From NCBI RefSeq assembly GCF_009914755.1, contig NC_060932.1: a stretch of 64,000 nucleotides of DNA, one strand, 5' to 3'. This document shows positions 40,567-52,826 of the stretch, piece after piece. Source of the DNA: the human T2T-CHM13v2.0 reference genome, Homo sapiens. The notes under the pieces were generated by a model. It was given only the letters and a program-made list of their open reading frames with translations, made no database searches and was not told the DNA's origin. Position numbers and translations under genes: made by a program. Position 1 is the stretch's first letter. Every line of letters starts with the position of its first letter.

Positions 40567-41110
40567 TTTAGTGGGCAAAATAATGCCCACCAGCCCCCTC
40601 CCTTCGGAAGAATGTCCAAGTCCTAATCCCTAGAAGCTGTGAATACATTATGTTACATGGCAAAAAGGGATTAAGGTATTAAGGTTGCAGATGAACTTCA
40701 GGTTGCTAAGTGGCTGACCTTATAATAGAGAGATTATCCTGGATTATCTGAGTGGGCCGAATTAATCAGAAGAATCCTTATAAGTGGAAGACAGAAGCAC
40801 AAGAGAGTCAGAGAGAGAGACGTGATGGCAGAAGCCAGGTCAGAGTGGTGAGGCACTGCTGGCTCTGAATATTGAGGAAGAGGACACCAGCCAAGGAATG
40901 TGAGCAGCCTCTAGAAGCTGGAGAAGGCAAGGACACACAGCGTCCCGGAGAGCCTCCTGAAGGAATGCAGATTTGCTGATACCTTGATTTTAGCACAGCC
41001 AGACCTGGGTTGGACTTACACCTGCCTAACTACAATAAAATAAATATGTGTTGCTTTCAACTACTAAGATTGTGGTAATTTGGTATGGCAGCAATAGAAA
41101 GTAATATATA
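40567..41110 (+). mobile_element. MLT1D/E MaLR LTR
   Basis: GTCCTAATCCCTAGAAGCTGTGAATAC...GAGATTATCCTGGATTATCTG...GCAGCAATAGAAAGTAATA. Confidence 0.85.
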
Positions 41111-42702
41111 GTGCTTATTATTATATAACTTTCTAAAGTTACTAAGTGGAATATCTGGAAATTTGAAAATGAGAAAACTACTGTAGCCTGGATAACTTTT
41201 AAAATGCCTTCCCATTATGAAATTCCAGTTTCCTCCCATTAAAGTGTGTGCAATAGCAACTAAACTGGCCCCCAATCTATAGCTTTGACAGAAGGTACTT
41301 AAGAGTCCTCTCTCTCCTTTATTTGCCTCTCAGACATTTTTTCATTTGCTCTATTTATTTTACTTCATCAAACTTCTATGCCAGAAGGAAGTACTTATTT
41401 TGGGAAAATCATGTTATTTGTATACAGTTCACATCAACCTTTCTGTTAACAATTTTAAATTTCCAGCAAACATACTTATTTCTTAGCTATCTAGTGTTGG
41501 ACCCATCTGTTAGGAAGAGATAAATCCTTTGTCAAAATTAATGGAACCAGTATTTATAAGGCCAGATATTGCTGAAATTAAATAGGAATCCTTAATATCA
41601 CTAATGGCCAAAATTACCCCAGGAAGAGATTTTTCTTCCAGTTAACAAGATCTTGACATGGTCATTCCCACCATTCCACAGTATTACTTGGCCATATTAT
41701 TATCAAAATAAATAGTGAAGCTGACAGGCATAGGAAGGTATAGAGGAGGGGTGACTCATAGGGTACCAAAACATCATTTGGGGTGAGAGCTGGGTGGCCT
41801 GAAAAGTCAGGAATGGAGTCATCACATCTTCCTAGAAAGCCTTTCACAAAGGTAATTTTTTTCCAGTTTGACCTACTACATGTTAAAAAGAGTATCTTCT
41901 ACATTGCTAATATTTTTTTTTTCTTACCAAGTCTACTGACTAGAGCATTCATCTGGTAGGAATTATTTTTGCCTGAATTAAATATGGGTGGGTAATTCAG
42001 ACCCATTTCAGGTTCAACAAACATCTTGAACTATTTTTCAAACATTTGGGATTTGGCAAAAAAAAATATTTTACTCAGTAATTTTCTGCTTAATTTTTAA
42101 ACCCTGGTGTGTTTTAAGGGGAATTTAATCCGTATGTTTCTGATTCATTTACCATTAACTGATCAGGTTCGTTTTCTGTTGCCATGTTTTTGGTGGGAGA
42201 GATGTTTTCGGGATACTTTCAGGGACTTTGACAAATTTCTTGGGGAAAAAAATGAAAGTTTCATTCATTCTGCCAAGAGAAATCAAATGTCAAAGCAAGG
42301 AAGACAAGAGAGGTTCTAGATTCATATCAGCAATGCAGCCTGACTGAAAAAGAGAAAGACCATTCTGCTCCCAACTTTACTGCTAAGGATGAAAGACGTT
42401 ATGGATTTTGAATTGCAGACATGAATAAGTGCTGTCAAAATCCGGATTCACTCACCATTCTGAGAACTGGTGTCCAATGTGTCTGACAAAAAATGGCAGC
42501 TCCTCATGTGAGAGTCAGAGAGAAGAGCCAAAAAGATGTTTCCAGCAGCTTAGAATAAAATTGTTTATTATTATACACACAGTGAAAAGAGAAACAAAAT
42601 TAGGGGTTATAAGAGAAAAACAGACGAAGAAGAAAAAGACAAATAGCTAATTTCTGAGAGTGCCTTCTAATACTTCATAAATTTGGAATTAAAAAAGTTA
42701 AT

Positions 42703-43340
42703 CTAGGAAATCCTAGCCGGAGCAACCAGGCAAGAGAAAGAAATAAAAGGCATCCAAATAGGAAAAGAAGAAGTCAAGCTATCTCTCATTACTGATGATA
42801 TGATTCAACACCTAGAAAATCCTAGAAACTCTGCCAAAAGGCTACTAGAACAGATAAATGATTTTAGTAAGGTTTCAGAATACAAAATCAATGTACACAA
42901 ATATGCCAATAATGTCCAAGTTGACAGTCAAATCAAGAGCACATCCTATTTACCATAGCCACAGGAAAATGAAATACTTATGAATAAAGTTAACCAAGGA
43001 GGTGAAAGATCTCTACAAGGAAAACTACAAAATACTGCTGAAAGAAATCAGAGATGGCACAAATAAAGGGAAAAACATTCCATGCTCATGGGTTGGAGGA
43101 ATCAATATCTTTAAAATGGCCATATTGCTCAAAACAATGTACAGATCCAGTGCTATTCCTATCAAACTACCAACATCATTTTTCACAGAATAAGAAAAAA
43201 AGTATTCTAAAATTCATACAGAACCAAAAAGTAACCTGAATAGCCAAAACAATTTTATTCTAAGCTGCTGGAAAAATCCTTAGTAAAAAGAACAAAGCCA
43301 GCAACATTACTGTATCCGACTTCAAACTTTACTATAAGGC
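42703..43340 (+). mobile_element. Older L1 (L1PB-like) ORF2 fragment, left part of a chimera
   Basis: Degenerate ORF2 ([17 protein letters not shown]...IPIKLP) with frameshifts. Confidence 0.85.
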
Positions 43341-44747
43341 TACAGTAACCAAAACAGCATGGTACTGGTACCAAAACAGAGATATAGACCAATGGAACAG
43401 AACAGAGCCCTCAGAAATAATAGCACATATCTACAAGCATCTGATCTTTGACCCTGACAAAAACAAGAAATGGGGAAAGGATTCCCTATTTAATAAATGG
43501 TGCTGGGAAAACTGGCTAGCCATATGTAGAAAGCTGAAACTGGATCCCTTCCTTACACCTTATACAAAAATTAATTCAAGATGGATTGAAGACTTAAATG
43601 TTAGACCTAAAACCATAAAAACCCTAGAAGAAAACCTAGGCAATACCATTCAGGACATAGGCATGGGCAAGGACTTCATGACTAAAACACCAAAAGCAAT
43701 GGCAACAAAAGACAAAATTGACAAATGGGATCTAACTAAACTAAAGAGCTTCTGCACAGCAAAAGAAACTACCATCAGAGTGAACAGGCAACCTACAGAA
43801 TGGGAGAAAATTTTTGCAATCTACTCATCTGGCAAAGGGCTAATATCCAGAATCTACAAAGAATTTAAACAAATTTACAAGAAAAAAACAACCCCATCAA
43901 CAAGTGAGTGAAGGATATGAACAGACACTTTTCAAAAGAAGACATTTATGCAGCCAACAGACACATGAAAAAATGCTCACCATCACTGGCTATCAGAGAA
44001 ATGCAAATCAAAACCACAATGAGATACCATCTCACAATAGTTAGAATGGCAATCATTAAAAAGTCAGGAAACAACAGGTGCTGGAGAGGATGTGGAGAAA
44101 TAGGAACACTTTTACACTGTTGGTGGGACTGTAAACTAGTTCAACCATTGTGGAAGACAGTGTAGTGATTCCTCAAGGATGTAGAACTAGAAATACCATT
44201 TGACCCAGCAATCCCATTACTGGGTATATACCCAAAGCATTATAAATCATGCTACTATAAAGGCACATGCACACGTATGTTTATTGCGGCACTATTCCCA
44301 AAAGCAAAGACTTGGAACTGACCCAAATGTCCATCGATGATAGACTGGATTAAGAAAATGTGGCACATATACACCATGGAATACTACGCAGCCTTAAAAA
44401 ATGATGAGTTCATGTCCTTTGTAGGGACATGGATGATGCTGGAAACCATCATTCTCAGCAAACTAACACAAGAACAAAAAACTAAACACTGCATGTTCTC
44501 ACTCATAGGTGGGAATTGAACAGTGAGAACACTTGGACACAGGAAGGGGAAAATCACACACTGGGGCCTGTTGTGAGGAGGACGGAGTCGGGAGGGAAAG
44601 CATTAGGATATATATCTAATGTAAATGACGAGTTAATGGGTGCAGCACACCAACATGGCACATGTATACATATGTAACAAGCCTGCACACTTTGCACATG
44701 TACCCTAGAACTTAAAGTATAATTAAAAAAAACAAAAGAAAAAAAAA
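43341..44747 (+). mobile_element. Younger L1PA (about PA4-PA7): ORF2 C-terminus, 3'UTR and poly(A)
   Basis: [24 protein letters not shown] and [26 protein letters not shown]; 3' end TACCCTAGAACTTAAAGTATAAT plus A tail. Confidence 0.95.
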
Positions 44748-45417
44748 GTCAAAAACCAACAGATGCCAGCAAGGTTGTGGAGAAAAGGGAACACTCATGC
44801 ACTGTTGGTGGGAATGTAAATTAGTTCAGCCCCTGTGGAAAATGGTGTGGAGATATTTCAAAGGACTCTAAACAGGGCTACTATTTGATCCAGCCACCCC
44901 ATTACTGGGTATATACCCAAAGGAAAATACATCATTATACCAAAAATGCACATGCACTTGTATGTTCATCACCATGCTGTTCACAACAGCAAAGATATGG
45001 AATTAACCTAGGTGCCCATCAATAGTCGATTGGATAAACAAAATGTGATATATAAGCACCATAGAATACTACATAGCCATAAAAAAAGGATAAAATTATG
45101 TCCCTTCCAGCAACGCGGATGGAGCTAGAGGCTATAATTCTAAGTGAACTAATAAAGAAACAGAAAAAACTAATACTGCATGTTCTCATTTATAAGTGGG
45201 GAGTGAACATTGAGCACGCATAGACATAAACATGGGAACAACAGACACTGTGGACCACTTCAGAGGGGAGGGAGGGGGAACACGGGCTGAAAAACCATCT
45301 TTCAGGTATTATGCATGATGCTTATCATAATAAGCATAACTGGGTGCAACATACGCATGTAACAAACCTGCATATGTACCCCCTATGTCTAAAAGAAAAG
45401 TCAAAATTTTTAAAAAT
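44748..45417 (+). mobile_element. Older L1 (L1PB-like) 3' end, right part of the chimera
   Basis: GTCAAAAACCAACAGATGCCAGCAAGGTTGTGGAGAAAAGGGAACAC...AACAAACCTGCATATGTACCCC. Confidence 0.9.
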
Positions 45418-46835
45418 CTTATGCTATGACCACTTGTAATAAAACAAATAATTTTTTAAATGAAGCAATCAATATTATTCTAATTCAATCCTTTCCTCAA
45501 TATATTGCTTTACAGAAAGTTTTAAAAAGCTACAGTATCATATTTCTTCAATTTGACTTTTGTTTCTCTCAAAATTTTTTCATTACTTATCCTGTTTCAG
45601 AAGCTAAAAGTGCTAGTTAAAAATAAAAGGTATTGCATTATTTAATTTTTTAACAGGTTTTTATTTATGTGCAAAGTTTTATATGTGTGTGTGTGTAAAA
45701 CTGTTGGCATCAAAACGATTTAGTTTCAAGACTTTCTTATTTCTGTCATTGATACTGCAGCTATATTAATTGAGTTGAATATAAAAATACCATGTCTGAG
45801 TCATAAAAAGCTTCATAGAATTGTATAAGCAAATTCTGTTATTCACTAAACAAATATTTAGAACACCTTCTATGTGCAAAACATTGTGATGAAGAATTAA
45901 TACACTGGGACAAAGGGCCTGTTCCTGAGCTTAAGTGTTTAGTATAATATACGTTTAGAAAATGAGGAATAAATATTAAGCTTCCAGTTTCACAGTTTGC
46001 AATTGCAATAAACTACCTGTCTTTTGTTAAAGAAACCTGCCTTGAAACCATGCCTTAATTTTATATTTAGAAAATTTTAAAATTAAGATTTTTAAAAAAA
46101 TTATCCAGCTCTATAGCTCCAGGTATCTCAATCTCTTAGTAACATTCTCTTAGTTTATATCAAACTACTTTAAATCACACCTTCCAATGAGATGCCAACC
46201 ATGTCAGCCAATCTGAGTCGTCCTGGCATTTCATAAAAGTGACAAGTCCACTGTGAAAATGATGGAGAGGGAAATCATGAGGAATTGTTTTAATGCCCAA
46301 AAGCAGCTTATCGTTTTCAATGTCTCTAAGTGGTTTTTTTTTTTTTTGGTCCCAATTAAGAATTTTAAAATGAAATACTTGTTACATGGAGAAGGCTTAG
46401 ATTCCTTAAGTCATAAATGAATAGGAGAATGGCCTTATTTTTCTGCATCTTAGGGTTAGCTTGATTGCGTTTAACAAATATCAAGCTATCAGTAGCATAC
46501 AGGACCATTCCTATAAAGCAGCTGTGTTCCGCCCTTGAAAAATGGTATCGCAGCTCTTTTGAGAAAGAACTTTTGATTTAAGTGTTAACAAAGGACAGTG
46601 GTCAGAAGGAAAGCAAACATGTGCTCTTTAACATGAGTCAACACTGCTAGGATTTTATTATATGGTAAGAGAGCAAAAGAGAGATCTTTGTAAACGGAAC
46701 AAAGTAACACATCCTGGGTCCAAGAGATGGAAGAGCTTTAATGGGTCCATGATTATCTCTTTCCATAATATACATTTTATTTCGTCATAAGCCTTCTCAT
46801 GTAATTCCTTGGTATGTTGCAAGTCTGCATGAGGT

Positions 46836-46836
46836 G

Positions 46837-46870
<34 letters not shown>

Positions 46871-47125
46871 TATAGACAGGGTCTTGCTCTGTCGCCCAGG
46901 CTAGAGTGCAGTGGCACAATCTCAGCTCACTGTAACCTTCGCCTCCTGGGTTCAAGTGATTCTTGAGCCTCAGCCACCAGAATAGCTGAGATTACAGCAC
47001 GCCTGGCTAGTTTTTGTATTTTTTATAGAGACCAGATTTTGCCATGTTGGCCAAGCTGGTCTTGAACTCCTGGTCTCAAGTGATCCCAAAGTGCTGGCAT
47101 TACAGGCAAGCCACCATGCCCGGCC
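46836..47125 (-). mobile_element. Alu (J/S) with (GTTTT)n tail and two short internal deletions
   Basis: AGACAGGGTCTTGCTCTGTCGCCCAGG...CCACCATGCCCGGCC; gaps at ATTACAG^CACGCC and GTGATC^CCAAAG. Confidence 0.92.
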
Positions 47126-47134
47126 CTGAGTGTT

Positions 47135-47140
<6 letters not shown>

Positions 47141-47181
<41 letters not shown>

Positions 47182-48045
47182 TTATACTTTAAGTTCTGGA
47201 ATACATGTGCAGAACCTGCAGGTTTGTTACATAGGTATACAAGTGCCATGGTGGTTTGCCGCTCCCATCAGCCCGTCATCTACATTCGGCATTTCTCCTA
47301 ATGCTATCCCTTCCCTAGACCCCAACATCCAACAGGCCCTGGTGTGTGACGTTCCCCCTCCCTGTGTCTGCATGTTCTCATTGTTCAACTTCCACCTATG
47401 AGTGAGAACATGTGGTGTTTGGTTTTCTGTTCCTATGTTAGTTTGCTGAGAATTATGGTTTCCAGCTTCATCTGTGTCCCTGCAAAGGACCTGAACTCAT
47501 CCTTTTTTATGGCTGCATAGTATTCCATGGTGTACATGTGCCACATTTTCTTTATCCAGTCTATCATCATTGGGCATTTGGGTTGGCTCCAACTCTTTGC
47601 TATTGTGAACAGTGCTGCAATAAACATGCATGTGCATGTGTCTTTATAGTAGAATGATTTATAATCCTTTGAGCATATACCCAGTAATGAAATTGCTGAG
47701 TCAAATGGTATTTCTGGTTCTAGACCCTTAAGGAATCTCCACACTGTCTTCCACAATGGTCGAACTAATTTACACTCTCCAACAGTGTTAAAGCGTTCCT
47801 ATTTCTCCACATCCTCTCCAGCATCTGTTGTTTCCTGACTTTTTAATGATTGCCATTCTAACTGACCTGAGATGGTACCCTGCTTTGGCTCGCCCTCCGT
47901 GGGCTGAACCCACTGTCTAACCAGTCCCAATGAGATGAGCTGAGTACCTCAGTTGGAAATGCAGAAATCACCCGCCTTCTGCGTTGATCTTGCTGGGAGC
48001 TGCAGACCACAGCTGTTCCTATTCAGCCATCTTGCCAGCCACCCC
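47141..48045 (-). mobile_element. L1PA (about PA6-8) with its 5'UTR start joined to its 3' end; (TAAA)n tail; TSD
   Basis: 48045-47877 is the L1 5' end GGGGTGGCTGGCAAGATGGCTGAATAGG; 47877-47180 is the ORF2 end and 3'UTR; TSD AGTGTTTYATTT at 47129-47140 and 48047-48058. Confidence 0.92.
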
Positions 48046-48504
48046 AAGTGTTTCATTTTTAAAATACAAACATAAGTCATGCTTACCCATTTATGGATTA
48101 TCACATCAATACAGTTGTGATAACCTCTCAACCAATAGTATAAATTGTGTGGACAACTTGGTACTTACTTTTCTATATTTTATTCAGTGCATGTAAGATC
48201 ATAGACACACTAATACAAATACGCACACATACACAGCTTTCTAGGCAAAAATAGGATCACATTACAAGTATTAATAACACTCAGTTTCTTAAAGTTCATA
48301 TCACATATTGAATATCTCTCTAGACTTTGTAAATACCTATGAAATATTCCATTCCATAGTGTAGATATGTAATTTATTCAATCATTCTCTTTTAACGGTG
48401 CCAAGGTCATTTCCAGTGTCTTGAGATTCTACCGTAATAGACAAGCTTATTTTATACTGTTGCATTTCAGTAGAATGGATTTCTAGAATTGGTCCGGGGC
48501 AAGA

Positions 48505-48741
48505 TTTTAGCTCACTGCAGGCTCAACTTCCCTGACTCAGGGGATCCTCCTACCTCAGCCTCCTGAGTAGCTGGGACTACAGGTGTGCACCAACATGACC
48601 AGCTAATTTTTTATATTTTTAGTACAGATGGAGTTTTATCCTATTGCCCAGGCTAGTCTCAAACTCCTGGAATCAAATGATCCACACACCTTGGCCTCCC
48701 AAAGTGTTGGGATTACAGGTATAATCCATCGTGCGCAGCCC
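48505..48741 (-). mobile_element. AluJ, 3'-truncated
   Basis: CTCACTGCAGGCTCAACTTCCCTGACTCAGGGGATCCTCC...CCAAAGTGTTGGGATTACAGG. Confidence 0.9.
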
Positions 48742-50324
48742 TTCTTTTGTTTTTTTGGGTTTTTTGTTTGTTTGTTTGTTTGTTTTTAATGAGGTTGCCT
48801 ATGAGGCATTTCTTCACCATCTTGTATTCTTCCTCTCATCGGCTTTCTTTACGCATTAAATTAATTCTGTGACCTAAGTAAAGATAGAATTTTTTTTATA
48901 ACTAGTATTTGTGTTATTTTTTACCTTCAGAAAATGCCTTTTCATAAAAACTTGACTCATGCATGTTTTCTGTCTGATAAAGCAAGTGCTAAATCACTGT
49001 TGGTTAAATAAATTTGCAAACATTTCCTTACCTTGAGATGAAAGAGCCTACATTGATATGTCTTTGACATTCCTGTCCTTTCTACTGAAACAGTATGTTT
49101 GAGTAATTATAGGCAAGGATGGAGAGGAGGGGTAGGAAGGACCAAGGAAGCTGATAGTGAGCTAGTATTCAGAGCATAAGGACCACTCCCAGCAGAGAAA
49201 CAGAGGGCCAGCTGGTCATATAGGCAACAGCCCTGCCTGTGGAGCTGCCCACTGTAGAAAAGAACTTCACTGGGAAAGCCAGCATGGTTTAGTGGGCAGT
49301 GAAGTGTCTGAAGCTTTGTAGAATTCACTTCATGTAACTGCAAAGCTAGCCAATCTTATTCCAGCCTTAGGAAAAAGAAATCTTTTTCCAGCCTCAGTGA
49401 GCAGGACTGTCTCAGGAACAAGATGTGCCTGAGCATTTAAGATAATATTTGTCAGTTCCTTAAACAGGATGGCAAAGCAAAAAGAGGAGAAAGCAAAGAC
49501 TGCTCTGGCCAAGCAGTGCACATTTTCTGTCAAACTCCAGGGAGATCCCTGAAGATATGGGGTGGAGTTAGTAGGGGAAAATTTTGGTTGCAAAGGGATC
49601 ACTATATTTGTTCTCACCATGGAAGTGAAACCAGGACAAGTGGTAATCCTGTTTTCCTGTTTATGAAATATCTCACTTCCTTAGATTCTTTTTGAGTTTT
49701 ATGGCTATCTATAGACGTGGAAATTGAGCTGAAGCCAAACAGATCTGGCCTTATTTCCCATGGGCCTGTGCACCACCAATTTGGATCTGAGATCAGACAT
49801 AACCTTGCCATAAGCAGCAAAGGGCTTGGTGAACCCTCAAAAAGGCTGTCAAACACCCAGAGGCCTTGGGGATCAGGAAGGAGCCATCATGTGGTCTTTC
49901 ATGTGAGTACAGAATGTCCCAAGAGTGCTGCTTCAGTTCTTTATTTTAATTATTTCTAATTCTCAGAGGTTCTTCACTGTGAGTGAGAGTGCTATGAAGG
50001 AGATATGTTTCCACGTGTATCCTACGTGTAATTCTTTTATCCATGTTTATATCAAACTATTAATATACATTTATTGACCCCTCCAATGAGCCAAGCACCA
50101 CAGTGGGTGTTGTGGAGTATTCAAAGGATAGCAAAATAATATTTGTCTTTCTAAGTTTGTGTTTTTCTTTTCTTTTTTCTTCTCCCTTTTTCTCGTTTTT
50201 CCTCTCTTCCTTTCTTTGTTCATACAGAAAATTGCAAAGAATTAAAAGCCTCTAGAATCTCTTTCTCTTTCTGATGAGTTGGAAACAAGTAGTGATTCTT
50301 AATTTTTCTATTATTTATTTTTTG

Positions 50325-50487
50325 TTCATTTATTAATTATTTATTTATTGAGACAGGGTGTTGCTCTCTTGCCCAGGCTGGAAGGCTGGAGTGCAGTGGC
50401 ATGATCTCGGCTCACTGCAACCTCCGCCTCCCAGGTTCAAGTGATTCTCATGCCTCAGCCTCCTGAGCAGCTGGGATTATAGGCCTG
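50325..50487 (-). mobile_element. Alu right arm only, with a small AGGCTGG duplication
   Basis: GAGACAGGGTGTTGCTCTCTTGCCCAGGCTGGAAGGCTGGAGTGC...GGGATTATAGGC. Confidence 0.9.
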
Positions 50488-51189
50488 TTACTTTAATTTT
50501 AACTTTTCCTTTAACGTTTAAATTTTGTATATTGTCATGTGACATTCTGGAGTGCTTGAATTTATTCCTGAATCTACTTTTATTCTTTAGCCATAAAGCA
50601 AACCCATTTTGTGTATAGGTGCTGACCAATATGCACCAATATTAACTATTCAAGGTTAATAATTTGTTTCAAGATTGTGTTTGTACATGTGTGTGTGTGT
50701 GTACACATGAGAGGCAGTCTAGAAAATTTCTAAGTAATCATTAAAATAATACGAGTAAAATAGTGATAAAGAGAATTGTTTGGGGCTATTTGTAGGGAAA
50801 GCATTCTGCTTTGATAGGTGAAGAGAGAGGTGAGCTCCTTAGATGTGCTCTTCTTTAACTCTGCCCTCCTTATTTGCAAACGTATTTACATGCACAATTC
50901 ATCTCTCTTTTTCCTTTTAGTCTTTGAGAATAATGTGCATTTGGTTCAATTTCCTTTTACTATCTTTATATTTTACTTCATCAGTTATCTTTTCTTTTCT
51001 CAACCTTCCATCTCACCTCTCTGCTAGAAAAACCTAATAGCTTAGAAACATAAATAAATAAATATCCTGCATCCTAAATAAAAATCCTTCCCCACACTAT
51101 TTTTATACCAGTCTATGTCCCATCTTTCCTGTATTTCTATTTTTTTATGAATGTAGTATTACGCTATCTCTATGTTATTCTATTCACTT

Positions 51190-52490
51190 TTCCATAGACT
51201 GAAGTCTGGCTTTTACTGCCATCACCTCAATGAAATTGCTCTTGAAGAAAAATTGGGCAGATGTTTCTGTTGCATCTGGCAATGGTAATGACTTCCTTTA
51301 TTTAACGCTTCAATCTCTGAGTTCCTTTACACCACTCTGCTGCTCTGTCTTTAACCAGCTTACAATCTCTGATCACTCTTTTTTGTCCTCTTTCACGACT
51401 TTTTCTGTCATTTTTTATTTCTTAAATGTTGATATTCCTGACATTCTGCCACTATGTCTTCCATTTTCTGTACTTCCTTGTGTTAATCCACTTTCAGGAT
51501 TTTGACTGCCACCAGAAAAGATGTGTACTTTAGTAATCCTGGTGTTACTTTGCCAGTAATGCTCCATGCTATCTCTCCAGCTCTGAAATTTTCCCAGAAC
51601 CAGTTCATCATCTCCACCTGATTGTCCCTATGGGAACTTGTAGCTCCATGCACCACCCTAAATCCTTTGGAGCATGTTAGGGTATTCCCCATCTGCTGCT
51701 TCTCCCTGTAATTGCCAACTTTGTCAGGAGTACACCATTTACCTAGTCATCCAAAATAGAAACTGAGGCTTGAAGCTCATCCTTGAATTCCTCTTTTCCT
51801 TTGGCTTTTATATCCAGATAATCACCATGTAATGTGTACTTTCCCTCAAGGAACCCAATTAAGTAATATTGAATCAGTTTCTTCATCCCCATAACTACTC
51901 ATGCTACTTTAATGCAGGCCCTAGACTATTCCAGTAGTCTGCCAGCCTCTACAACTCTGTGCCCAAACTCATCCTCTCACGGTGGACAGAAAAATGCATC
52001 CAAATTTGATTCTGATTTTGTTACTTTCCTAACAAAATTTGCCAGTGGTTCCACATTATTTGGTCTATTTCTTTGTCATTATTTTACATGACCACCTACC
52101 TCATGCTTTGCTTTCCCACAATACTGAAGGCCTTGTAATTCCTCTCATATGCTATATTGTTTATCCTGCCTCTGCCTTTGCTCAGGCTCTCCCCTTTGCT
52201 TGGAATGTCCCTATCCTCTTCACCTAGATAACTCCTCCTAATAAGATTCTTTTTGAGGGTAACCTCTTCCAAGAAGCCTTCCTTGCTCCTTACCCATACC
52301 TCTAATTGGACTGGGTAACCGTCTCTCTACTTCCATAGTAGACATACGTCTTCACCAGATTTGCCATTTTATAGTGTGATTATCTGCTGATGTCTGTTAT
52401 TAAGTAAGAGGACTATATTTTTATATTTATTTTTATTCCCAATGCTTTAATTCAGTGTCTGTCATGTAATAGACACTAGATAACTAATTT
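51190..52490 (+). mobile_element. Degenerate L2
   Basis: GTCTGGCTTTTACTGCCATCAC...CCTCTGCCTTTGCTCAGGCTCTCCCCTTTGCTTGGAATGTCC...CTTCCAAGAAGCCTTCC. Confidence 0.75.
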
Positions 52491-52826
52491 TGTTAGGTGA
52501 GGGCTTCATTCCAGTCTTAAATTGTGAACAAAATTTAGATCATTGCAACCAAAGGAGGAATCTAATAGAGATAAGACTTTGAACTCAGAATCAGACACAA
52601 AAAGATCCAAAGCAGATTTCTGAAGTTAGTGTGGAGCACGTACTAACTGGAGTGAGGTAGGGGTGTGTGTGTGTGTCTATGGGGACATCTGTAAGCAGAT
52701 TCGACAGATCGATTGGGGAAAATATGGTAGGCCATTAGTACTGGCATATATATACATTTTGGACATTGCAGAAAACACTCAGGCATTGTGATTGAATAAG
52801 GGATCAACATTAAAAGAATCATGTGT

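Noticed and set aside
43002-44519. ORFs with real protein similarity (also 47433-47756)
   Set aside because: Fragments of L1 ORF2p broken by stops and frameshifts; not retrotransposition-competent
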